A stretch of 64,000 nucleotides of DNA from Alphaproteobacteria bacterium (lineage in GTDB: Bacteria > Pseudomonadota > Alphaproteobacteria > M2410). Below the pieces are notes generated by a model. That model ran no database searches, was not told the origin of the DNA, and worked only from the letters and a program-made list of their open reading frames with translations. Where the stretch lies: contig JAUWTJ010000001.1 in the NCBI GenBank assembly GCA_030614785.1, positions 65,180 to 129,179 on the forward strand. Reading direction: 5' to 3'. Both the position numbers and the translations under genes were made by a program. This document shows positions 1 to 10,019 of the stretch, piece by piece. Numbering within the stretch: position 1 is the first letter of the stretch; the number at the start of each line of letters is the position of its first letter.

Positions 1-21
1 GCAAAAGATTGATGAAGGCTT

Positions 22-586
22 CTACAGGCCCGGTTGCTGCCAGATCGTTCCGGGACTTTGGGAAGAACATCTCCAAAGCATTGTCTGAAATCGTGTAGGA
101 ATCTGTCTCAAAATTGATCGTCCACCCGCCAACCCTCGAAAGTTTCTGAGTGTGTTGAAGCTCAGCACTGCTACGTTCCAGATTGCCATGCAGAAGTTCA
201 AGCTGTCGTTTTTGTCGGAACATTCCGATAAATCTTTTGCCTTGGAGACGAGGATATCCGCTTCCACCGGTTTTTGGACAAAATCAACCGCGCCCGGCTC
301 ATATCTCTTCTTGCGATGATCTGGATCATGTACAGAGGCACTGACAAATACGATCAGGACATGACGGGTGTTATTTGTCGAGCGAACGATCTCTGCCAGT
401 TCGAAGCCATCCATTTCAGGCATGTTCACATCGAGCAAAATCATGCTGCAGCATAAGCCGCAATGCTTCAACGCCTGACCTTGCTTCAATGACTTCCACA
501 TCTAACTGAGGCAGAATCGATCTGATATTGGTTAAATTGGTGCCGAAATCATCAACAGCAAGTATTTTGGGTAACTCCAATTTCAC
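22..586 (-). CDS. CheY-like single-domain response regulator, apparently frameshifted. The N-terminal half (GTG at 586, VKLELPKILAVDDFGTNLTNIRSILPQLDVEVIEARSGVEALRLMLQHDF) reads to a stop at 416-418; the C-terminal half (LLDVNMPEMDGFELAEIV...VDFVQKP) is the +1-frame ORF 22..501.
   Basis: Minus-strand translation from GTG 586 (SD GGGGGTGA 4 nt upstream) gives the REC N-half with the DD acid pocket. That frame hits TGA at 416-418. The tracked ORF 22..501 begins inside the REC domain at the LLDVNMP phospho-acceptor strand and has an in-frame TAG immediately upstream (502-504). The two halves overlap over 416-501, so a single-nt indel near ~436-445 is implied. Confidence 0.55.
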
Positions 587-623
587 AACATCACCCCCGA
601 AAACACGTAAACACTTTAACTCT

Positions 624-3554
624 TCACTTCTCTACCAAAAATTTTTCAATCCATCGCTGCGCGCCAGTGAAGGCAATCTCCAACTCAGCAAGGCTTGCCT
701 CTTCAAGAGTCCCTTCCGATAGTTGAATTTCTTTGGCAATCTTCTGGACGCGCCTGGCTCCTGAATTCCCGGCAATACCATGAAGGCCATGCGCAATTTC
801 CCTTGCCTTGCCATAGTCGCTGTCCACGACAGCCTCCCGCAAAGCGGACAAAATCAGGGTTGCATCCTCCGAAAAGAGGCACAAAAGACTTGCAACATTT
901 TCCGTGCCAAGCTCTGCCGATATCTTCTCCACATATGCCTCATCAACAACAGGAACCAGGTCAACCCCATCAGTATTGAAGTCCTCCTCCATCCTGCACT
1001 GTAATTCCGCACTCACATCCGTGTGTTCGGGGAATTGCATCATCGCCTCTTTCCTTTTCAAATTTAGAACCCGCCGAACCGTGGCCATCATCTTCGGCAT
1101 TTCAACTGGTTTCGTCAGCACTTCATCCATGCCCTCGGCAAGGTAGAGTTCGACCTGTTCCGGCAGGGCATTCGCTGTCAGGGCTACAATGGGAATGTCC
1201 TTGTAGTGCGTTTCCGAGGATCGAATTTGCAGCGTTGCGCCAACGCCATCCAGCTCCGGCATCTGAATATCCATCAGGATGAGATCAAACCTCTCACGCT
1301 TCAGAGCTTCCAGAGCTTCCTTGCCATTGTTCGCAACTGTACAGGTATGCCCATATTTCTTTAGGCAAGCGATCATATACATTTGATTTATGCGATGATC
1401 CTCAGCGACCAATATGTGCAGGGACTCAGGTTCATCCTCACAGCCAATATCAATAGTTGTCATATCAGCGTTGTACTTGCCAATTCCGCACTCCACATAG
1501 AACCAGAATGTGCTTCCGGTTTCACCATCACTGATCAGGCCAATCTCCCCTTCCATCAGCTGCACCAGTCCTCGCGAAATCGCCAGACCAAGGCCGGATC
1601 CGCCGTACTTTCTCGTAGTCGAACTATCCGCCTGGACAAACCTTTCGAACAAATCCCCCTGCACTTCAGGTGAAATTCCAATCCCTGTGTCCCTGACCAT
1701 GACATTCAAGCGACATGTCCCCTTGTCAACAACGTGATCAACTGTAACCAGAACATCCACGCTCCCCTCAGCGGTGAATTTCAGCGCATTGCCAACCAAA
1801 TTCAACAACACCTGTTTGATGCGTCCGGAGTCCGACTTCAAAAACTCGGGAACGCTTTCGTCCACTGTTGCTCCCAAGCTTATGGCCCTGGTCTTTGCTT
1901 CGGCGCCAAACAAACCAATGACCTGTTCAACAAGATGACGAACATTGAAGTCAATATTCTCAATTTCGATCTGGCTTGAACCCAACCTGACAAAGTCGAT
2001 GATATCATTGAGCACGGTCAACAAAGAGTGAGATGATTCGCAAATCACATCGACGTGAAGTCTCTGCTGATCACTTAACTCTGTATCCTGAAGCAATCGA
2101 GCCATGCCAAGAACTCCGTTCATTGGCGTCCGAATTTCATGAGACATATTTGCAAGAAACTCCGACTTGGCTTGTGAGGCTGATCGCGCTTCATCCATTG
2201 CCTTCTCCAGATCAAGCGCCTGCCTCTTGTATTCATCCGACTGTTGCTGAATTCGTCCTCGAGCGATAGACAGCTCTTCAAATTGAGTGCGGAGCGATTT
2301 TTGATTTTCCTCAAGAATTTGAAATGTCATTTTGCGAACACTAATGTCTGTCCCGATAGAGACGTATTGAAATATTTTTCCATCCCGATCAACAAACGGC
2401 ACTATGGTCGCGTCGTTCCAGAAAGTTGTTCCATCCTTGCGGAAGTTTCTGGTCTCCCCATGCCATGTTTCTCCCCGCGCAGTCTTCTCAATCAATTCCT
2501 TGCGTTTGGCTTTATCCGGAACGGTCGCACTTGAAATTTCCGAACCCTGATTGGAACCAAGGATCTCCTCCGAGCTATAGCCTGCGGTTTCGCAATATTG
2601 TCGATTCACGTACACCAATCTTTGGTTTGCATCGTGAATCAGGATCATATTGTGCTCGTCCAGAGCGCGTCTTTGCTGCTCCAGTTCATGCAGAACCGCT
2701 TCTGTCTCTCTTTTGGCCTTTTGCTGCGCCTTGCCGGTCTCTTCAAGTGCCTCGTAGGTCGAATAGATATTGGCCCCGAGACCAAGGAGAACACAAAGAT
2801 AACTTCCGAGCTTCAGCATGTGAGCCAAATCGAATTCAAGGTCGAAGAGCACCAAAGATTGAGGCATAAACAAAACCTGACCCAAGAGACTCAGAATGAG
2901 GCAATAGATAAGCCAATGATGCAAGGGCTCTTCGCGCCAGGCACCACGAAACGTCAGCCCAATGAAGGCCACTGCAAACAACACCCCGGAAATCAGCTCC
3001 GCTGGCCGGTGAAGCCACAAATCTGGAAAGTAGGCAGCTGGCAACGGAACGAACGCGAAGAACACAAAGCTTACAATCATAAACAGAACGACGATGATGT
3101 AGACCGTGTTTTCGTACTTGCAGACCTGTGCTGAAGTCTTCTCATCAGACAATTCCGTCCACACCAGCATCACAAGGACCACCGACAGATATAGTCTCGA
3201 TGAGATCCAGCTCCATGGAATAAGTGAAGGCATGTCCGACGGCAGAAATGTCACAAAATAGGGTGTCGTTACAAGGGCATGATAACCGTCAAGGCAAGCC
3301 GCTCCAAGGAAACCCGTTCCAAGCAAGAGATAGGTGCTGCTCTTCCTGGAATAATACCGTACCAGAGCAAGAGCTCCGACAACCGCCGCCAATATTGTCG
3401 CCGCGACCTCTTGAATCGTATGGAATTGAGGGCCGCTCGTCCAGCCGGAATTCCTGAAATACCAGTAGAAGGCACACAGAGCCATTACCAAAAAAAGGTA
3501 GCTCCACGCCCGCGCCGGTGTCACTCGCACATCGAAATTCTCAATCACCACCAT
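624..3554 (-). CDS. Membrane-bound hybrid sensor histidine kinase: N-terminal multi-pass membrane sensor region (~300 aa), PAS, coiled coil, HisKA, HATPase_c, REC, C-terminal HPt.
   Basis: Hydrophobic N-terminus; PAS (NMILIHDANQRLVYVNRQYCETAGY); H-box SEFLANMSHEIRTPMNGVLGM; N/G boxes LLNLVGNALKFT, RDTGIGI, GGSGLGLAISRGL; receiver HILVAEDHRINQ...DLILMDIQMPELDG; C-terminal HPt-like helix bundle (REIAHGLHGIAGNSGARR). Confidence 0.85.
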   Translation of the reverse strand: MVVIENFDVRVTPARAWSYLFLVMALCAFYWYFRNSGWTSGPQFHTIQEVAATILAAVVGALALVRYYSRKSSTYLLLGTGFLGAACLDGYHALVTTPYFVTFLPSDMPSLIPWSWISSRLYLSVVLVMLVWTELSDEKTSAQVCKYENTVYIIVVLFMIVSFVFFAFVPLPAAYFPDLWLHRPAELISGVLFAVAFIGLTFRGAWREEPLHHWLIYCLILSLLGQVLFMPQSLVLFDLEFDLAHMLKLGSYLCVLLGLGANIYSTYEALEETGKAQQKAKRETEAVLHELEQQRRALDEHNMILIHDANQRLVYVNRQYCETAGYSSEEILGSNQGSEISSATVPDKAKRKELIEKTARGETWHGETRNFRKDGTTFWNDATIVPFVDRDGKIFQYVSIGTDISVRKMTFQILEENQKSLRTQFEELSIARGRIQQQSDEYKRQALDLEKAMDEARSASQAKSEFLANMSHEIRTPMNGVLGMARLLQDTELSDQQRLHVDVICESSHSLLTVLNDIIDFVRLGSSQIEIENIDFNVRHLVEQVIGLFGAEAKTRAISLGATVDESVPEFLKSDSGRIKQVLLNLVGNALKFTAEGSVDVLVTVDHVVDKGTCRLNVMVRDTGIGISPEVQGDLFERFVQADSSTTRKYGGSGLGLAISRGLVQLMEGEIGLISDGETGSTFWFYVECGIGKYNADMTTIDIGCEDEPESLHILVAEDHRINQMYMIACLKKYGHTCTVANNGKEALEALKRERFDLILMDIQMPELDGVGATLQIRSSETHYKDIPIVALTANALPEQVELYLAEGMDEVLTKPVEMPKMMATVRRVLNLKRKEAMMQFPEHTDVSAELQCRMEEDFNTDGVDLVPVVDEAYVEKISAELGTENVASLLCLFSEDATLILSALREAVVDSDYGKAREIAHGLHGIAGNSGARRVQKIAKEIQLSEGTLEEASLAELEIAFTGAQRWIEKFLVEK

Positions 3555-4491
3555 TCTGTTCTCCGCGAGGAATGGTAGTCAATATTTCATCCTTCGATGT
3601 ATTCATACGGACGCAGACTCTGTTTCCGCACCCTTGATACTCGACAGCATCAAACGCTATTTCACGAGCGAAGAATATACCGCGTCCATGGTAAGGCGAC
3701 TTCTTCCTGCTCGTTCCATCGAGAAATGGAGTAAAATCAAACCCGACACCACCATCTTCAATCGTAATCTCGATGTGACTATCGAGACGTTTGAAATCAA
3801 CATGAGCAACCCGATCACTAAAGGGTTTCCATTTAAGTCTATAGTCAATCTCCTCAGCCCACCGCCTTTCCGTAAGAAGTTTGGACTTCAGATCCCAACC
3901 AATTCCCAGGTTTCCATGTTCAACGGCATTGACCAACAATTCGAGCAAACCCACCGCCGCGACATCCGGTCTCGGGCACGCCAGCGCCAACATGGTTGAG
4001 AGATTTCGCGCCTCATCCAGCGTTCGAAACCCGAAAGATCCGGACACAATATTGCCGATTGCCGACGTTCTTTGTTTCACCTCTGCGGCCAGTTCATTGA
4101 CCCTCGCGTGATAATTCAACACCGCACGGGTAACGGCACCAACCGAGTCCGCTGCTTCCGATGAACTCAAAATGACATCGCTCATTGCAGCCAGATCAGA
4201 AGCTCCATCCTTCTCGTCATCGATCCCAATGATCGCAGTTTTTGCATGATATTGCGTCAGCCACTGATCTATAGAGTCGAAGTGCTCTGACAGCCAGGCG
4301 TTGGAGATCACAAGAACAGACATCTTTGATGAGCGATCAGGTCCCCCGTCGCGAGACTCCTGATCATCCAGAAAAAAACTGGGCTCATACCCGGAAGATT
4401 CAAATCGATTGATAATCGCATTCGTGCTTTCACAATCAGCCAGAGCCAACATAACATTAACTTCTTGCGTATCACCCAACAAATTGTTCAC
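3541..4491 (-). CDS. RsbW/SpoIIAB-like GHKL serine-protein kinase (HATPase_c_2) with an N-terminal ~170-aa extension; partner-switch kinase.
   Basis: C-terminal N-box LLELLVNAVEHGN, G1 EDGGVGFD, G2 YHGRGIFFAREIA typical of anti-sigma-factor kinases; the N-terminal domain has no clear match (possibly a degenerate receiver). Its start overlaps the stop of the upstream PP2C gene by 4 nt. Confidence 0.6.
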   Translation of the reverse strand: MNNLLGDTQEVNVMLALADCESTNAIINRFESSGYEPSFFLDDQESRDGGPDRSSKMSVLVISNAWLSEHFDSIDQWLTQYHAKTAIIGIDDEKDGASDLAAMSDVILSSSEAADSVGAVTRAVLNYHARVNELAAEVKQRTSAIGNIVSGSFGFRTLDEARNLSTMLALACPRPDVAAVGLLELLVNAVEHGNLGIGWDLKSKLLTERRWAEEIDYRLKWKPFSDRVAHVDFKRLDSHIEITIEDGGVGFDFTPFLDGTSRKKSPYHGRGIFFAREIAFDAVEYQGCGNRVCVRMNTSKDEILTTIPRGEQNGGD

Positions 4492-5738
4492 TCCCCTTCG
4501 AGCCAGTCGACGGCCAACATCGACACATCATCCGGGATCGGGTCATGATATCTCGCACTCAACTCTTCTGATATACACGCAATAATCTCCGAGGCATCTT
4601 TCAATGCCGGACTTGCAACCAACTCCGTGACTTGCTCTGTCGACAGAACAGGTTTGTCTGGTTGTGGACACTCAATCAGTCCATCGCTATACAAAAATAA
4701 TCTGTCACCAGCGTGAAAGGGAACACTCAAGCATTCATATGTGGCCTGGGCAGTGATTCCCAGCGGCAACCCTGCGGAGGCAAGTTCTTCCGTGGTTCCG
4801 TCGCTGCGCACCAGGATCGGAGGTGGGCTCCCGGCTGCGGCCCAGGTCAATCGACCAGCCGCTGTATCAATGACCCCATGAAGCATGGTCGCAAAAATCC
4901 CGGTTTTCAAAACGTCAGAGAGATATTCATTGGCCCTTTTTAGGGCCTCTGGCGGGTTGCTCCAATCGAAGGCTCCGCTGTCGATAAATGTTTGAAGTCG
5001 AAATGTATTCAAAGACGATGCGGCCCCGCGGCCAGAAAAGTCAGTCATATGGAGACCGAAACTATGATCATTTATCCGGTGGGCACCCCACAAATCCCCC
5101 CCGAGACGATCCGACGCCTCGTAGCAAGCATCAATCGTCAAGCCTCTAACATCCGTAAGATTTTTAAGGTTTTCAACGTCAGGGAGCAAACACCTCTGCA
5201 TCTCCTGCATTGCAGTGACTTCCTGCTCCATACGCAGGTAATAGCTGCGAAGTTTTTTGATGAGAAAGTGACGTTCCAGATGGGTGCGAACCCGAGACAG
5301 AAATTCGGCAATCTCAATTGGTTTCGAGACGACATCAGAGGCCCCGACCTCAAAGACCCGCCCCCTGGACTCTCCGCCATCAAGAGAGGATTGAACAAGA
5401 ATTGGCGTATCAACAAATTGCGGTATCTTGCGGATTGCCTCGCAAAACCTGAAGCCATCCATCCCGGGCATCACAAGGTCCAGTACGATGAGGTCAGGAG
5501 ACCTTTTGCCAACGCTGTCCAAAGCTTCCTGGCCGTCGGATGCATAGGAAAGGTTCCTGTATCCAGCCTGCTCCAGCGCCATGCGAATAAGATCACGCAT
5601 GAAAAGCTGGTCATCGACAATTAGAATACGGGCATCGAGGAGATTTCCCGCCAGTTTCCCGGACTTGACGTCAGTGTCAGGCGTAGGCCAGATGTCGTCG
5701 CGAGACGGGCGGTTCGCTCGATATTTGAGTTCTGACAT
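4488..5738 (-). CDS. Response regulator with C-terminal PP2C/SpoIIE-family serine phosphatase domain (RsbU/HsbR-like).
   Basis: REC ILIVDDQLFMRDL...DLIVLDLVMPGMDG; PP2C region with GGDLWG, LHMTDFSGRG, DRLFLYSDGLIE motifs. Confidence 0.85.
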   Translation of the reverse strand: MSELKYRANRPSRDDIWPTPDTDVKSGKLAGNLLDARILIVDDQLFMRDLIRMALEQAGYRNLSYASDGQEALDSVGKRSPDLIVLDLVMPGMDGFRFCEAIRKIPQFVDTPILVQSSLDGGESRGRVFEVGASDVVSKPIEIAEFLSRVRTHLERHFLIKKLRSYYLRMEQEVTAMQEMQRCLLPDVENLKNLTDVRGLTIDACYEASDRLGGDLWGAHRINDHSFGLHMTDFSGRGAASSLNTFRLQTFIDSGAFDWSNPPEALKRANEYLSDVLKTGIFATMLHGVIDTAAGRLTWAAAGSPPPILVRSDGTTEELASAGLPLGITAQATYECLSVPFHAGDRLFLYSDGLIECPQPDKPVLSTEQVTELVASPALKDASEIIACISEELSARYHDPIPDDVSMLAVDWLEGE

Positions 5739-5758
5739 GGGTTGCCTCTCACCTATAC

Positions 5759-6064
5759 TCAGCGGGTGATGTTAATTATTTTGTCAAGAGCCGCCAGATC
5801 GATAATCCTTTCGACCTGACCAGTCGGCTTGTTCACACTAAACGTTTGTTTACGGAAGCCCGCCTGTTCGGCTGCTATCAACAACATGCCGATGCCTGCA
5901 CTGTCGATTGAGGACACACGCTGAATGTCCAGGACAACCACATTTTTTTCGGACTTGTTGATTTCTTCCAATACTTCGCGAAAACGTCCGTGGTCTGCGA
6001 ACGATAGATCACCGCTGAGATCCGCCCTGAATCCCGCATCGGAAACTGTTACTGTATAATCCAC
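5759..6064 (-). CDS. STAS-domain anti-sigma-factor antagonist (SpoIIAA/RsbV/HsbA-like).
   Basis: 101 aa; VLDIQRVSSIDSAGIGMLL motif with the conserved phosphorylatable Ser context; lies immediately upstream of the PP2C and kinase genes. Confidence 0.8.
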   Translation of the reverse strand: MDYTVTVSDAGFRADLSGDLSFADHGRFREVLEEINKSEKNVVVLDIQRVSSIDSAGIGMLLIAAEQAGFRKQTFSVNKPTGQVERIIDLAALDKIINITR

Positions 6065-6075
6065 TTTGGTCTCTC

Positions 6076-7293
6076 CTAGAATAGTTCGATTGAGTTCTCT
6101 TCGCCTACATCTTTATCCGCGGCAACATACTCGGCCACCGCAAGGCCCGGGGTCAGGGCCTTTTGAATAAATCTCTTTTTGACATCACCAAGCGTGTACT
6201 GCCCGATAATGGCCGACAACATTTCCGAGACATCGCCCTCTTCGATATCAATCCCATCAACCGAGCAAGCTTCAGTGTGAAATTCCTGGAAGGCATCAGA
6301 CAGAATGTTCAGTGTGTCCGTTACACTCTCCAATTGCTGTTGCGCCCGGTCCTGGAACTGCATGTCAACAACAAGCGAACCAACATCCCTGGAAATTCGA
6401 TCACTCATTTCACCCGAGCTGGATAGCGCCTCGGAAAGATTATTACTTTGACTGATCATGGCTGTGAGAACTTTCTGCAGCCGCTCCTTGGCAATAAGAT
6501 GCCCTGACATGTCCAGCGAGGCCAGCTTCAACAATCTCTTGTGTCCCTCTGTCACGCCATCATGTGTACGCCGCATCTGGGTCCGAATTTCATCTGCCAT
6601 GTCATCAATCTTCTTGCTGAGCGCGCGAATTTCCTCGGCAACAACAGAAAACCCTCTGCCCGCCTCGCCCGCTCTAGCCGCCTCGATCCGGGCATTTAGA
6701 GCCAGTATCGCTGTTTGCCTGTTGATTGCCTCAATTCCAGTGATCGTTTTTTCAACACCGCTAACTTCCTTCACGACGTCATCAAGAGAATAGACGATTT
6801 GAAGACCCTGCTTCGACATCTGCAGGACCGTGCCAATGATATCCTCCAGGACGCCCTCCATGACCTCGGGCACCTCGACCAATTTGAGAAATTCGCCATC
6901 AATTTCGATCTCCGCTGACAGTGCAATGACTTCCTGGATCTGCTCGCCCTGCCGGCCGGCATTTGTCGCAAGGTTTTGGAAGCGAGCCGCAATTTCGGAG
7001 ATCTTTTCCTCAACAAGCTGGCCTGTTCCTTTGACTTCGTCGATAACGGCAGACAGGGCACCTTGTTGTGCAGCTGACAGACCGACACATTTGGTAATGA
7101 GATCTATCAGGACAGCGGGACTCTCCGCTGCGGGCGCGTCGAACAGTTCTTCCTCGCCTGTCGCTATGTCCTGCTCAATATCCGGATCGATAGTCGACCC
7201 AATCCGGTCGAGGCCGGACAGCTCTTCTACAAGCGCATCCTCTGCTACATCCAACTCAGACGGCGCGAAGTATGATTTTAGGCGTCTAAACAC
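6076..7293 (-). CDS. Soluble (no TM) methyl-accepting chemotaxis protein.
   Basis: MCP signalling tip [32 protein letters not shown]; no hydrophobic N-terminus. Confidence 0.85.
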   Translation of the reverse strand: MFRRLKSYFAPSELDVAEDALVEELSGLDRIGSTIDPDIEQDIATGEEELFDAPAAESPAVLIDLITKCVGLSAAQQGALSAVIDEVKGTGQLVEEKISEIAARFQNLATNAGRQGEQIQEVIALSAEIEIDGEFLKLVEVPEVMEGVLEDIIGTVLQMSKQGLQIVYSLDDVVKEVSGVEKTITGIEAINRQTAILALNARIEAARAGEAGRGFSVVAEEIRALSKKIDDMADEIRTQMRRTHDGVTEGHKRLLKLASLDMSGHLIAKERLQKVLTAMISQSNNLSEALSSSGEMSDRISRDVGSLVVDMQFQDRAQQQLESVTDTLNILSDAFQEFHTEACSVDGIDIEEGDVSEMLSAIIGQYTLGDVKKRFIQKALTPGLAVAEYVAADKDVGEENSIELF

Positions 7294-7379
7294 AATGACC
7301 TCATCGTTCCCAATTTTCCGCCCTTGCTACGCTCTGCCGGCGCAGTGGGCCAATTTTCCTATGTGCAGTCTCTATGCTT

Positions 7380-8492
7380 TCACGCACCAACTGCTCGTTT
7401 CGCATCTTCCTGACAGGCTCTGGCAATCTCCTGTGCCATATGAGAGAGGCTGTGCTGCTTCATCACGGCCCCGGTTTCAAACGCGGCTTTCGGCATGCCA
7501 TAAACCACACTGGACTCTTCATCCTGACCAAGAGTTACCCCCCCGGCCTCGCGAATTTCCAGAAGTCCCCGGGCACCGTCACGCCCCATGCCTGTCAAAA
7601 TCGCCGCGACAACACTTTTGCCACCCAGCCTGGCCACCGATTCAAACAGGACATCAACAGAAGGCTTGTGACCGGAGACCTTGTCGCCGTCCGAGATTCT
7701 ACAAACAAAATGCGCACCGGATCGATCGAGCTGCAGATGCCTTCCGCCGGGCGCTATGTAAACCTGGCCAGGTAGAATTCTCTGACCATCCGTCGCTTCG
7801 AAAACTTTCAGCTCCATCTTCTTGTCAAGACGATCCGCAAAGGCCCCGGTGAAACTTTCCGGCATGTGCTGCGTGATGAGGATCGGCGGCATGGTTGCCG
7901 GCAGGGCCGTAAGCACCGCCTGAATAGCCTCAACACCGCCGGTCGATGCACCGATGGCAACAATTTTCCCGGAGGAAAAATAGCCACTACTTCCAAGCTG
8001 GACTTTCCTCGTCGGAATCTTGTCCAGCCTTTTGACATTTGCCCGCGCCGCATGCTTGACTTTCTCGACGATTTCGGCGGCCTTATCCAGCATACCGTCC
8101 CTTTGATCGCCGGATGGCTTTGGAATGAAATCAACCGCGCCAAGCTCGAGAGCCTGCAGCGTCAGAGATGCGCCCTTTTGCGTGAGCGTCGAAATCATCA
8201 CAACAGGCATAGGTCGCAAGGACATGATCTTCTCAAGAAAAGTGATCCCGTCCATTTTGGGCATTTCAACGTCCAGCGTTATAACGTCGGGATTGAGTTC
8301 TCTGATCTTTCGCCGCGCGACGATCGGGTCGGGCGCATAGCCCACAACCTCGACTTCCGGGTCTGCCGACAAAATCGAATTCAACATTTGGCGCATGAGC
8401 GCTGAGTCATCCACAATCAGAACTTTTGTCTTGCTCACTGTCTCAATCCTCATTCTCGTCAAACAGTTCAATTGAGTCTTTATCCGACTCAT
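7380..8492 (-). CDS. cheB: Chemotaxis response regulator protein-glutamate methylesterase CheB (alternative start at 8453, MRIETVSKTKVLIVDD).
   Basis: N-terminal REC (VLIVDDSALMRQML...VITLDVEMPKMDG) plus C-terminal methylesterase (VAIGASTGG, ILITQHMP). Confidence 0.9.
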   Translation of the reverse strand: MSRIKTQLNCLTRMRIETVSKTKVLIVDDSALMRQMLNSILSADPEVEVVGYAPDPIVARRKIRELNPDVITLDVEMPKMDGITFLEKIMSLRPMPVVMISTLTQKGASLTLQALELGAVDFIPKPSGDQRDGMLDKAAEIVEKVKHAARANVKRLDKIPTRKVQLGSSGYFSSGKIVAIGASTGGVEAIQAVLTALPATMPPILITQHMPESFTGAFADRLDKKMELKVFEATDGQRILPGQVYIAPGGRHLQLDRSGAHFVCRISDGDKVSGHKPSVDVLFESVARLGGKSVVAAILTGMGRDGARGLLEIREAGGVTLGQDEESSVVYGMPKAAFETGAVMKQHSLSHMAQEIARACQEDAKRAVGA

Positions 8493-9102
8493 TTCCGGTC
8501 AGCGAACTACGATATCGAGCCTCTGCTTTCGCCACTCTGTCCTGCCGCTCATCAGACCTCTCAACGAACTTTCGTTGGACTTTTCCGCTATCAGCATAAA
8601 AATGTATTCGCCGAGCATACCGGCCGCCAAGGTCATGCGATGCAACCTCAATGCCTTCCTTACTCATATAGTCCAGAGAAAATCGCGCATTGTTGTCCCC
8701 TATCATCTGGCTGGATTCTATAACGTTGCCGCCGCCGAAAAGTTTGACAATCAGATCCTCTTTTCTTGACCCTGTGGAAAAGAAAGCATTGAACAAGGAC
8801 TCCATGGCAAAATGGCCAAACCGCAGCGAAAACCCGGCCCCGCCCCAGTCGCAATCCTCATCACCAGGCAGCATAAAATGATTCATTCCGCAAAATCCTG
8901 TTCTTGCATCCCGCACACAGGTCGACACACAAGATCCAAGCGTCGTAGTCAGCATTTCATTACGCTCTCGAGTAATATACTGCGTACCAGGAAGAATCTT
9001 GATAACCCATCGGTCATACCTCTTGTCGAAGTATCGCGACAGCATCTCCGACGGCGTCTGACCGCTCTTCCTTTTTGATGAAGTAGACAGCACATTGCTC
9101 AC
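8443..9102 (-). CDS. cheD: Chemoreceptor glutamine deamidase CheD.
   Basis: LGSCVSTCVRD...GMNHFMLP motif characteristic of CheD; sits between cheR and cheB. Confidence 0.85.
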   Translation of the reverse strand: MSNVLSTSSKRKSGQTPSEMLSRYFDKRYDRWVIKILPGTQYITRERNEMLTTTLGSCVSTCVRDARTGFCGMNHFMLPGDEDCDWGGAGFSLRFGHFAMESLFNAFFSTGSRKEDLIVKLFGGGNVIESSQMIGDNNARFSLDYMSKEGIEVASHDLGGRYARRIHFYADSGKVQRKFVERSDERQDRVAKAEARYRSSLTGNESDKDSIELFDENED

Positions 9103-9105
9103 ACC

Positions 9106-9975
9106 TTACTCCATCTTTTCGTAAACTGTTCGACCGACCATCTTGTAATTATCCAGCACACCCAGGAGACTTTCAGCATGCCCGGTATAAAGGTACCCCC
9201 CGACTTTCAGCTGGCGGTCAAATCTCTTGACCAATTTTTCCTTGGTTTCATCGTCGAAATAGATCATCACATTTCGGCACATGATCGCATCGAAGATGCC
9301 ATCCATCGGCCAGGGGGACAGGAGGTTCAATTGCCTGAAGGTGACGAGGCGCCGCACATCATCACCCATTTTCATCTTATTACCGGAAACGGAAACAGCC
9401 TTGCCAGACAGACGGTTAAGCAATTTTGGTGGCAGATCAGAATATTGACTGTGTGAATACTCGGCATTGCGCGCCTTTGTCAGAATATTGCTGTCGAGGT
9501 CTGTTGCAAGAATTCGAACATCGCATTTTTCCAGAGCCGCCAAATAAGCCATCAGTGTCAGGGCTATAGAATAGGGTTCCTCACCTGATGAGCAGGCTGC
9601 CGACCAAATTCGAAACTTCGATCTACCGGCTCCTTTCGCCTCAGCATCCAACTGGGGAAGAAAGACATCCTTCATGTGAATAAAATGATGCGCCTCTCTG
9701 AAAAATTTGGTGTGGTTAGTCGTCAGGGCATTGATAAAATCTTGAAATTCCTCGCTGCTGTCATCTTCTAACAACGCACAATAGTCGCGAAAAGACTCCA
9801 GCTGCAAATGACGCAGACGTTTGGACAGACGTCCATAGACCAGGTTTCTTTTTTCGTCCGAGAGGGCAATCCCCGCCTTGTCATGAACAAGGTCGGCGAT
9901 AACGCGGAAGTCTCGATCTGTAAATCGATACTCCCGCGCTTCCTCGTTTTTGGCCTGTAAGGTCGATAGAACCAA
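9106..9975 (-). CDS. cheR: Chemotaxis protein methyltransferase CheR.
   Basis: CheR N-terminal helical domain (FRVIADLVHDKAGIAL), FFREAHHF, IWSAACSSGEEPYSIA SAM-binding motif. Confidence 0.9.
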   Translation of the reverse strand: MVLSTLQAKNEEAREYRFTDRDFRVIADLVHDKAGIALSDEKRNLVYGRLSKRLRHLQLESFRDYCALLEDDSSEEFQDFINALTTNHTKFFREAHHFIHMKDVFLPQLDAEAKGAGRSKFRIWSAACSSGEEPYSIALTLMAYLAALEKCDVRILATDLDSNILTKARNAEYSHSQYSDLPPKLLNRLSGKAVSVSGNKMKMGDDVRRLVTFRQLNLLSPWPMDGIFDAIMCRNVMIYFDDETKEKLVKRFDRQLKVGGYLYTGHAESLLGVLDNYKMVGRTVYEKME

Positions 9976-10019
9976 CTGACGATCTCCTGCTTTCAGTGTC
10001 TTCAGATCCGGGGCGAGTC

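Noticed and set aside
6830-7852. 340-aa plus-strand ORF across the soluble MCP/cheB junction
   Set aside because: Spans two genes on the opposite strand; Ser/Pro/Arg-rich shadow frame.
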